A DNA stretch of 13,469 bases. Origin: an uncultured Acidobacteriota bacterium (GTDB taxonomy: Bacteria > Acidobacteriota > UBA6911). Where the stretch lies: NCBI GenBank assembly GCA_963809485.1, contig CAWEJX010000011.1:1-13469 (forward strand), in the 5' to 3' direction. The translations under genes were made by a program, and so were the position numbers. The notes beneath the pieces were generated by a model that was given only the letters and a program-made list of their open reading frames with translations, made no database searches and was not told the origin of the DNA. Every line of letters starts with the position of its first letter. The stretch's first letter is position 1. Shown one piece after another: positions 1 to 6,841 of this stretch.

Positions 1-2
1 TT

Positions 3-1390
3 ACTGTTCTCCGGCTGGTTGACCAACAGTCGCCGATGGAAAGGTCGGCGAAGGGGAACGTTTTGGGAATATCGGCCATGAGCCGTTTTTTCACCTTTGG
101 CCGGACTGTATCCACCGCAAACCCGGAATCAGGTGCTGCCGCTGAAGATCCCGGATCTTTTGTGGGCGGTTTTTCGGGCCTATCGGATTCTGCCGAAGGA
201 GTTCCCGAGCTGAGCATCGCGATGCCGGAATATCTCGGCGAGGCTCCGGCCATTTTGCAGGCGTATTCCAGCCTGTCCGGAGTCAATTGCGCTGCCCGAC
301 GCGACTTCCGGCAAAAAGGAATCCAATATTTCGTCCATCAGCTCTTCTCCTCGCTTTTCCAGTCGGCGAAGAGCGACGACGCCGCTACGTCCGGAAAGGA
401 CGATCCTCCGAATCCGTTCACGGAAGCCAGGCAGAAGCATGCGGCTTCGGCCGATTCTTCGGCTTCGGGCACAAAAGCGGATACCCCGGCGGATAAAAAG
501 TCAGAGACGCAGTCATCGTCCGAAACCTGCTCTCAAAGGCGGAATCGGCCGATTCCGCAACGGTGCCCTCCGGCCCAGGAACAGCGGCAGCCGCCTGGTT
601 CACCATCATCGGCGACTTCGACGGTTCCGGAACGCTCCAGGCGATTCCGGCCAGGCGCATCAGTGACACGGGATTTATCTCTGAAGACGGGGAGCGCGAT
701 TTCAGTCTCCACATAAATCCTGCGGCTGCTCAGCAGCAACGCTCCTTCTATATTGACGACTTGAACGCTGATGAAACTCCTGACCTCCTTGTTACGGGCA
801 GGATATCCTTGTTCGGGGTTGTGCTGCTGGGAGACGGCAAAGGTGGCTATAAACTGGTCGACAGCTTTTTGACAATCGTTGTGTCAAGCGCGGGACCATT
901 TCGAGACGGCTACCGGGATATCCTGACGGTCAACACCCGTACGGGCGTACTGATGACGTGGCATGCCACGGATCGATACCGCTTATCTCAAACGGAGGAA
1001 CTGTCTTTCGTGCCTGATTACGTGCTGCACCTTGTGGCACAGGATACGGCCGCGGAGTTCCTCATGGCTGCGCGGGTAGGAGGCGAGGAACGGATACTGA
1101 GCTGGTCGGATGACAGCCGCCTCCGGGCGACTGCCCAAACGTTGCCGGCGGAAGCCCTTGTTTTCAAAATCGATTTGGGCTCTGATTCGTTGAGGGCCTA
1201 CCAGGTAGGAGATTACGCCTCGATCGTTCTGACCAGCCAGGGCCAGTCCTTCAACGTCGCCAATCTGCGTTTGTTCCCCCGGGTATTCCTGGTGATCGGC
1301 GACCTGCAGCACCGCGGCAAAACCGATGTAGCCGTGGGAAATCTGCAGTCCTTCACCCCATCCGAAACGGCCGCTGATAAAAACCGCTGA
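3..1390 (+). CDS. Hypothetical protein with FG-GAP/VCBS-like repeats; 5'-partial, apparent frameshift at ~525-535
   Basis: The frame of ORF 36..716 is open from the window edge (TVLRLVDQQSPM...). Its low-complexity S/A/K linker continues naturally in the frame of ORF 563..1390 (...KAESADSATVPSGPG...). The C-terminal part has FG-GAP-like motifs: IIGDFDGSG, IDDLNADETPDLLVT, VLLGDGKGGY, IGDLQHRGKTDVAVG. Stop TGA at 1388-1390. Confidence 0.6.
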
Positions 1391-1421
1391 CGGATCCCTG
1401 CGCAATTTATCATTGTCTTTT

Positions 1422-1483
1422 CTCACGCGGAGACGCGGAGACCGCGGAGGATATAATTGTTTTCTCCGCGGCCTCAGCGTGAG
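1422..1483. repeat. Short tandem inverted repeat (CGCGGAGA x3 facing inverted copies)
   Basis: Left arm CTCACGCGGAGACGCGGAGACCGCGGAG (1422-1449), 14-nt AT-rich spacer, right arm CTCCGCGGCCTCAGCGTGAG (1464-1483), complementary to the left arm. Confidence 0.8.
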
Positions 1484-1585
1484 GAAGATATATTCCTGCC
1501 TGGCAGCGCATTGTTTTATCCTCAAATTCTGTGATACAAACACCCAGCTTTTTGTTATTTTGGCAAATTTTTTGATCTGCGCGCC

Positions 1586-1613
1586 TGCGGACGGCTTGAA
1601 AAAGCCGTCCGCA
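1586..1613. repeat. Perfect 12-bp hairpin with GAAA loop (REP-like)
   Basis: TGCGGACGGCTT-GAAA-AAGCCGTCCGCA with no adjacent U-tract, followed by a small ACGGC-GCG-GCCGT hairpin at 1616-1628. Confidence 0.65.
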
Positions 1614-1727
1614 TAACGGCGCGGCCGTCTTGCGAATTTGCATTTATTTGGTTGCGGCTACCGGGCCGTGCCGCGTAATCTTTTGGCAGGTTTTTTCCTT
1701 GCCGAAAAATCCTGAAAAAGGGAATTC

Positions 1728-2519
1728 ATGAGCGTCATAGTCGGATTTAACAAATCTGCTCCATCCAAAGGCCTTCAGCGCGTGCAGGCTACGTACACGG
1801 TCCGGGAGATTAGCCGCCAATTCGGCCTCAGCGAGCAGTCGATCCGCCGATGGACGCGCGAGGGTGTGATTCCGGCCGCATCCGCCTCAATGGAAGAGGA
1901 TCCGCGCTATGATTTTCAGGCTCTTACGGTTTTCCGCCGTGTCCGTGAAATGAGGAGCCGCGGGCTACGGCGCGTCAGATCGAGGCCGAGCTTCACGGAC
2001 AACTCAGTTTATTCCCTGAAAAGGGGGGGGCGGCTTATTCAGCTGCCCATCCGTTTGAGCCCATTTGAAGAAGCGCTGCTGTTGCACGAGAAGGGGGACA
2101 AGAGGGCTACCGAAATGTATGCAAAAGCCATCCTCCGCGGGGAGTGCACGGCGGACGCCTACTGCAACCTCGGCATTCTCGACTATGAGGAGAACAACAT
2201 ACCCGGCGCATTTGATCACTTCACCAACGCGCTCCGGCACGATCCGCGGCACTTCGAGGCGCACTTTAATCTGGCGCATCTTTACTTCGAAGCCGGCGAT
2301 TTCCGGCTTGCCCGCCTCCATTACGAAATATCCGCAGTCATAGAACCCCGGTCGGCGAGCGTGCATTTCAACCTGGGGCTCGTGCACGCCATCGATGGAA
2401 ACCTGGTTGCGGCGATTGCATCGCTCGGCAGGGCTAAGGAAAATGCCACAGAAGAGGAGTTGACCCAGGTCAACGAGCTTCTATCCAGCCTGTTGAACGC
2501 AAAGGACGATCTAAAGTAA
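1728..2519 (+). CDS. MerR-family HTH + tetratricopeptide repeat (TPR) protein; two compensating indels at ~1966 and 2023-2030
   Basis: N-terminal MerR HTH pattern YTVREISRQFGLSEQSIRRWTREGVI...RYDFQALTVFRRVREM. C-terminal TPRs: ADAYCNLGIL, FEAHFNLAHLY, ASVHFNLGLVH. AAGGGA lies just upstream of the ATG. Segment 1967-2030 reads more protein-like in the shifted frame (TARQIEAELHGQLSLFPEKGG). Confidence 0.85.
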   Translation: MSVIVGFNKSAPSKGLQRVQATYTVREISRQFGLSEQSIRRWTREGVIPAASASMEEDPRYDFQALTVFRRVREMRSRGLRRVRSRPSFTDNSVYSLKRGGRLIQLPIRLSPFEEALLLHEKGDKRATEMYAKAILRGECTADAYCNLGILDYEENNIPGAFDHFTNALRHDPRHFEAHFNLAHLYFEAGDFRLARLHYEISAVIEPRSASVHFNLGLVHAIDGNLVAAIASLGRAKENATEEELTQVNELLSSLLNAKDDLK

Positions 2520-2617
2520 AAGGGAGACAGTCACGAATGTCCCCTTTGAGAGGCACACGGGCGGAGTTCTGCCCTGCTCTCCTGCCCAAAGGGGACACTG
2601 GTGACTGTCCGCCTTTT
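2518..2617. repeat. ~100-bp imperfect inverted repeat filling the convergent intergenic gap (REPIN-like; possible bidirectional terminator)
   Basis: AAAAGGGAGACAGTCACGAATGTCCCCTTTG (2518-2548) is complementary to CAAAGGGGACACTGGTGACTGTCCGCCTTTT (2587-2617). There is an inner hairpin GGGCGGA-GT-TCTGCCC at 2559-2574. Confidence 0.8.
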
Positions 2618-2618
2618 G

Positions 2619-3149
2619 CTACCTCTGGGCCATGCGAGCTTCTCTTTCGCGCGTCAGATGAGGAACGATCCCGAGGAGGCGCTCGATCAGCATCAGCTGT
2701 CCGCGATGGTGCATCTCGTGCTCCTTGACGGAAAGGATCATTTCCAGCCGGCTTTTGTATGCGGGCGTGGCTCCTTCCGGCATGTTGAACCTCTGACCGA
2801 GGAATTCATCGGATACCCCGTCGACCCAGCCGGCCCATTTCTCGCCTTCCTTGCGCAATAAATCGATGATCTCGGCTTTGGTTCTGGGTTGCCCCTCCTC
2901 CGCCATGACCTGTTTCATCATAGAAGTGAAATCGAGGCCGTCATAGGACGTCCGCTTTTCGACGGCATGCAGCTGATATTGGAAGCGGCTCGCCAAAGCA
3001 ATATGAGTCAGCAGTTGGGCCACGCTGCGATATTCCGGCACAGGCTTAAAACCATATTTGTCCTCCGGAATATCCTGGGCTATGAGAATACTGTTCCCAC
3101 GCACGGTCCGGCTGCTTGCAGCAAGTTCCTTCGCACCATAATACACCAT
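2619..3149 (-). CDS. DinB/YfiT-like family protein (putative metal-dependent thiol transferase/hydrolase; not DNA Pol IV)
   Basis: Typical DinB-superfamily motifs IPEDKYGFKP-x3-RSVAQLLTHIA and C-terminal HEMHHRGQL (His triad). AAGGAG lies 8 nt upstream of ATG 3149, favouring it over TTG 3155. Confidence 0.88.
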   Translation of the reverse strand: MVYYGAKELAASSRTVRGNSILIAQDIPEDKYGFKPVPEYRSVAQLLTHIALASRFQYQLHAVEKRTSYDGLDFTSMMKQVMAEEGQPRTKAEIIDLLRKEGEKWAGWVDGVSDEFLGQRFNMPEGATPAYKSRLEMILSVKEHEMHHRGQLMLIERLLGIVPHLTREREARMAQR

Positions 3150-3190
3150 ACTCAACTCTCCTTTTGAGATACATCACTTACTTGAATGAT

Positions 3191-3221
3191 ATTATATCTA
3201 TCACCTGTAATGGGGATACAA
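3191..3221 (-). promoter_or_regulatory. Possible sigma70-type promoter for the DinB-family gene
   Basis: Minus-strand TATAAT at 3196-3191, and TTGTAT at 3221-3216 with a suboptimal 19-nt spacer. An imperfect TGATA...TATCA palindrome overlaps the -10. Confidence 0.3.
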
Positions 3222-3252
3222 TTCGTAATTCGTCATTCGTAATTCGTAATTA
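3219..3252. repeat. Heptamer tandem array (AATTCGT)x4.5, STRR-like, abutting the adh RBS
   Basis: C-AATTCGT-AATTCGT-CATTCGT-AATTCGT-AATTA. Positions 3219-3251 are the exact reverse complement (33/33) of 4426-4458. Confidence 0.9.
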
Positions 3253-3266
3253 CAAGGAGGTGCACC

Positions 3267-4280
3267 ATGCCAACCCCTGAAACGATGCACGCCATGGTCC
3301 TCGAGGCGCCCGGAAGTTCCCTGGTTTGCCGCGAGATGCCGGTGCCGCAGCCGGGCCCGGATCAGGTTCTGATAAAGGTTCATGCCTGCGGAGTATGCCG
3401 GACAGACCTGCACGTAGTGGACGGCGAGTTGCCGGATCCCAAACTGCCGATTGTGCCGGGGCATGAAATCGTCGGAAGCGTCGTGGAAACCGGCGCGAAG
3501 GTAAAGTCCATAAAGACCGGCGACAGGATCGGGGTCCCTTGGCTGGGGTATACGTGCGGCAAATGCACCTTTTGCCGGACCGGGCGGGAAAATCTGTGCG
3601 ACAGTCCGAAATTCACCGGATATACGCTCGACGGCGGCTATGCCGAATACACGGTTGCCGACACACGATACTGCTTCCCGCTGCCGCAGGGTTACAGCGA
3701 TACGGCCGCAGCGCCTCTGCTGTGCGCCGGATTGATCGGATACCGTTCTTACCGTATGGCAGGAGAGAATGCGCAGCGACTGGGAATCTACGGTTTCGGG
3801 GGCGCAGCGCACATCGTCGCCCAGGTTGCCGTTTACCAGCACCGGCACGTCTTTGCTTTCACGCGGCCCGGGGATACCGCCGCGCAGAAATTCGCCCTCC
3901 GGTTAGGGGCGGTCTGGGCCGGAGATTCGACCGAAATGCCGCCGGAACCGCTGGATGCCGCAATTATTTTCGCGCCGGTAGGCTCGCTGCTTCCGGCTGC
4001 TCTCCGTGCCACTATCAAAGGAGGCACGGTTATTTGCGGGGGCATTCACATGAGCGATATTCCAAGCTTCCCTTACAGCCTGCTCTGGGAAGAGAGAACG
4101 GTCCGTTCCGTGGCAAACCTGACGCGCGAAGACGGCGAGGAACTCCTCGCTATCGCTCCGAAGGTTCCCGTAAAAACCGAGGTGGAGGTTTTTCCGCTGA
4201 CCGAAGCAAACGAAGCCCTGGCCCGTTTGCGCGAAGGCAACCTGCAGGGCGCCGCTGTGCTAATTACAAAATACGAGTGA
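3267..4280 (+). CDS. Zinc-dependent (MDR) alcohol dehydrogenase, AdhP/AdhA-like
   Basis: Catalytic GVCRTDLH and GHE, structural-zinc CGKCTFCRTGRENLC, LLCAG, and Rossmann GIYGFGGAAH. RBS AAGGAGG at 3254-3260. 337 aa. Confidence 0.95.
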   Translation: MPTPETMHAMVLEAPGSSLVCREMPVPQPGPDQVLIKVHACGVCRTDLHVVDGELPDPKLPIVPGHEIVGSVVETGAKVKSIKTGDRIGVPWLGYTCGKCTFCRTGRENLCDSPKFTGYTLDGGYAEYTVADTRYCFPLPQGYSDTAAAPLLCAGLIGYRSYRMAGENAQRLGIYGFGGAAHIVAQVAVYQHRHVFAFTRPGDTAAQKFALRLGAVWAGDSTEMPPEPLDAAIIFAPVGSLLPAALRATIKGGTVICGGIHMSDIPSFPYSLLWEERTVRSVANLTREDGEELLAIAPKVPVKTEVEVFPLTEANEALARLREGNLQGAAVLITKYE

Positions 4281-4584
4281 CGAATTACGAATTGAAAAAT
4301 ACGGTGGCGGGGATTCATCATTTGCAGTCTGGTCGTTCTTTCGAATTACGAAATACGAGTGACGAATTGCGAATTGAAAAATACGGTGGCGAGGATTCAT
4401 CATTTGCAGTCTGGTCGTTCTTTCGAATTACGAATTACGAATGACGAATTACGAATTGAAAAATACGGTGGCGAGGATTCATCATTTGCAGTCTGGTCGT
4501 TCTTTTGAATTACGAAATACGAGTGACGAATTGCGAATTGAAAAATACGGTGTGGGGCATTATCTGCGGCCTGGGAGTTCTTTC
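4262..4584 (+). repeat. Tandem repeat, 4 x 82 bp (4th degenerate), each unit starting with an (AATTACG)-like heptamer block
   Basis: Units start at 4262, 4344, 4426 and 4508 (82-bp period). Consensus AATTACGAAATACGAGTGACGAATTRCGAATTGAAAAATACGGTGGCGAGGATTCATCATTTGCAGTCTGGTCGTTCTTTCG. Unit 1 overlaps the last adh codons. Confidence 0.95.
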
Positions 4585-4649
4585 AAAGCACACCGAAAAC
4601 AATCATTATGCCCTCATTTCGGGAATCACCGAGGACCCGGACCGTATGA

Positions 4650-4686
4650 TTTCATTCGTAATTCGTCATTCGTATTTCGTAATTCG
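4650..4686 (-). repeat. Inverted heptamer block directly downstream of the metK stop codon
   Basis: The reverse complement reads CGAATTACGAAATACGAATGACGAATTACGAATGAAA, matching the head of the 82-bp unit. It begins 2 nt after the metK TAA (4691-4689). Confidence 0.9.
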
Positions 4687-4688
4687 GT

Positions 4689-5828
4689 TTACTCTTCCCA
4701 CGGCAAGCCGGGTTTGCCGAAATGGCCGTAGTTGGTGGTTTGACGGTAGATGGGGCGGAGCAGCTTGAAACGCTCGATGATCGCAGCCGGACGGAAGTCC
4801 ATCTGCCTTACAAATTCGGCCGCAACCTGGGCGTCCCCGGTTCCGAAGGTATCCACTTTGACCGACAGAGGATGAGCCTCGCCTATGGCGTAGGAGATCT
4901 GGATTTCCGCCTTGCTCGCCAGTTTCTGTTTCACCAGTTGTCGCGCGATGTAGCGGCAGAAATACGCCCCGCTGCGGTCCACTTTGGAGGGGTCCTTGCC
5001 GCTGAAAGCTCCTCCACCGTGCCGGCCGGCGCCGCCATAGGTATCCACGATGATTTTCCTGCCGGTCACTCCTGCATCGGCAGAGGGGCCGCCGTGGATG
5101 AAACTCCCGGTGGGATTGACGTGGAAGCGGATCTTCTTCGTGAACCAGTCGCCGAGCACACGCGGCGCCAGGGATCCGGTCACATATTCAATGATGCCTT
5201 CCCTGGAGATTGAAGGAGCATGCTGCGGGGAGACAATAACATTCGTAACCGCAACGGGCCTGTTGTCCTCGTATACAACCGAAACCTGCGTTTTCCCGTC
5301 GGGCCGCAGCCAGGGCGCTGTGCCGTTTTTGCGATCTTCGGCTAATCCCCTGGCCAGACGGTGGGCCAGCAGAATCGGCAGAGGCATCAGCTCGGGAGTC
5401 TCATCCGTGGCATAGCCGAACATGATTCCCTGATCGCCGGCTCCCTGTTCGTGTTCGACATTCTGCTCGAGGTTCACTCCCTGCGCAATTTCCAGGGATT
5501 GCCTGGACACAAACTGGCAGACGTGGACGCCGTCGGCGTTGAATGCAGCGGATGAATCGACATACCCGATTTCACGAATGGCCTGACGGGCAACGGCTTC
5601 ATGATCCACGATACTGCTGGATGTCATTTCGCCCGCGATGACGACGGAATTTTCTTTGCAGAGCACTTCGCAGGCAACCCGGCTCCTGGGATCCTTCTGC
5701 AGATAGGCGTCGAGGATTGAATCCGCGATATAGTCGCAAACCTTGTCCGGGTGCCCCTCGGTCACCGATTCGGAGGTAAATGTGTATTGGCCTGCGGAAG
5801 GATTTTCAACAGCACGGGCTTTAGTCAT
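4689..5828 (-). CDS. metK: S-adenosylmethionine synthetase (methionine adenosyltransferase)
   Basis: Signature motifs FTSESVTEGHPDK, GAGDQGIMFGYA, GRKIIVDTYGG, GGGAFSGKDPSKVDRS, YGHFG..PWE. GGAG upstream of the ATG. 379 aa. Confidence 0.98.
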   Translation of the reverse strand: MTKARAVENPSAGQYTFTSESVTEGHPDKVCDYIADSILDAYLQKDPRSRVACEVLCKENSVVIAGEMTSSSIVDHEAVARQAIREIGYVDSSAAFNADGVHVCQFVSRQSLEIAQGVNLEQNVEHEQGAGDQGIMFGYATDETPELMPLPILLAHRLARGLAEDRKNGTAPWLRPDGKTQVSVVYEDNRPVAVTNVIVSPQHAPSISREGIIEYVTGSLAPRVLGDWFTKKIRFHVNPTGSFIHGGPSADAGVTGRKIIVDTYGGAGRHGGGAFSGKDPSKVDRSGAYFCRYIARQLVKQKLASKAEIQISYAIGEAHPLSVKVDTFGTGDAQVAAEFVRQMDFRPAAIIERFKLLRPIYRQTTNYGHFGKPGLPWEE

Positions 5829-5897
5829 CGATGGTGGCTCCAGATTCTATAATGGTTTCACGGTCCAGGCTTCCACGGACCGCTCCGGGACTGCACT

Positions 5898-5925
5898 ATT
5901 GTCTATACTTTAAAGTGCATGTCAA
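5898..5925 (-). promoter_or_regulatory. Probable sigma70 promoter of metK with overlapping palindrome
   Basis: Minus-strand TTGACA (5925-5920), 16-nt spacer, GACAAT (5903-5898). Perfect palindrome ACTTTAAAGT at 5907-5916 and TGCACT/AGTGCA inverted pair at 5892-5897 / 5914-5919. Confidence 0.5.
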
Positions 5926-5959
5926 GAATGCCCGATCCGTGACAAACAGCAAAAGATGC

Positions 5960-5986
5960 CACAGATTGAGCAGATTTTACAGTTAA
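5960..5986 (+). repeat. Degenerate 9-mer tandem array (CAGATT core) upstream of the M90 peptidase RBS
   Basis: CACAGATTG-AGCAGATTT-TACAGTTAA. Confidence 0.45.
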
Positions 5987-6004
5987 AATAAGCAAGAGGG
6001 CAAA

Positions 6005-6793
6005 GTGTTCGAATTCAAAGGAAGCCGCCGCAGGCGTCTGATGGAGCAGCCAATGCCGGCTGAGTGGAGCGCCATCGTCCGTCGAAGAGTCCGCTATATT
6101 CACCTCCTGCCGGCGGAAAACCAGGAACTGCTCGAGGCGTTCATACGGGTCTTCCTCGACGAGAAATCCTTCGAGGGCTGCGGCGGCCTGGAGATCAGCG
6201 ACGAGATCCGGCTGACCATCGCCGGCCACGCATGCGTCCTGCTGCTGGGCGGCCAGAGCGATATGTATCCCAAACTCCGCACCATACTCGTGTATCCCCG
6301 CGCCTACCTGGCTCCGCATACCAGCCATGGGCCGGGAGGCATCATCAGTGAAGGCCTTCAGGGACGCTCCGGCGAATCCTGGTCGATGGGAAATATCGTG
6401 CTGTCCTGGGAGGATGTCCTGAGAGACGCGGGGAATCCCCGAAAAGGGCGGAATGTGGTTTTTCACGAATTCGCCCATCAGCTCGACTATGAGTCGGGTT
6501 CTGCCCAGGGCGCACCGGTTTTACCGCGCGGTACCAGCTATTCGGATTGGGCGAGGGTCTTTGAAAGGGAGTACGAAGCACTCATCGATTCCGCGGAGGA
6601 AGGCAAGCCGAGTGTGCTGGATAAATACGGCGCCACAAATCCCGCGGAGTTTTTCGCCGTCGCAACCGAGTGCTTTTTTCTAAAACCGGCAGAACTCAAA
6701 TTGCGCCATCGGGAGCTTTACCATCAGCTGACACTATACTACCGGCAGGACCCTATACGATATTTCCAGCCTGAAGCTGATTCCAATATCTAA
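6005..6793 (+). CDS. MtfA-like zinc-dependent peptidase (peptidase family M90)
   Basis: HEXXH motif NVVFHEFAHQLD, plus KSFEGCGGL, ILVYP, GESWSMGNIVLSW, YGATNPAEFFAVATE and C-terminal LYYRQDP. GTG start with AAGAGGG upstream. Confidence 0.92.
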   Translation: MFEFKGSRRRRLMEQPMPAEWSAIVRRRVRYIHLLPAENQELLEAFIRVFLDEKSFEGCGGLEISDEIRLTIAGHACVLLLGGQSDMYPKLRTILVYPRAYLAPHTSHGPGGIISEGLQGRSGESWSMGNIVLSWEDVLRDAGNPRKGRNVVFHEFAHQLDYESGSAQGAPVLPRGTSYSDWARVFEREYEALIDSAEEGKPSVLDKYGATNPAEFFAVATECFFLKPAELKLRHRELYHQLTLYYRQDPIRYFQPEADSNI

Positions 6794-6799
6794 ATTAGT

Positions 6800-6841
6800 T
6801 GTCAGCGTTCCTCAGCGCTTTTGTCAGCGTATGTCAGCGTT
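6800..6841. repeat. Tandem ~10-mer array (GTCAGCGT core x4) just after the M90 peptidase stop
   Basis: TCAGCG occurs at 6802, 6812, 6824 and 6834 (TGTCAGCGTTCCTCAGCGCTTTTGTCAGCGTATGTCAGCGTT). Confidence 0.8.

Noticed and set aside
1560-1702. Sigma54-like TTGGCA sites upstream of the MerR-TPR gene (1560, 1684)
   Set aside because: Neither has the required GG-N10-GC spacing.
2619-3149. DNA polymerase IV (dinB) assignment, which would fit a clamp/repair story
   Set aside because: The protein is a 176-aa helical DinB/YfiT-superfamily member with a His triad, unrelated to Y-family polymerases.
3201-4444. Long alternative ORFs overlapping adh (3201..3848 -, 3539..4444 +) and similar shadow ORFs over other genes
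   Set aside because: Typical shadow frames of GC-rich coding DNA, with no motifs, overlapping well-supported genes.
4262-4584. CRISPR array interpretation of the 82-bp periodic repeat
   Set aside because: The would-be spacers are near-identical to each other, the repeat is internally heptameric, and no cas genes are in the window.
4441-4768. ORFs 4441..4731 and 4505..4768 with NYEL/ITNYE-like repeats
   Set aside because: These are translations of the non-coding heptamer/82-bp repeat (period not divisible by 3) and they overlap the metK 3' end.
5829-6004. SAM riboswitch upstream of metK
   Set aside because: The leader is short and lacks recognisable SAM-I (AUC..GAG/GGCAAC) or other SAM-class consensus elements.
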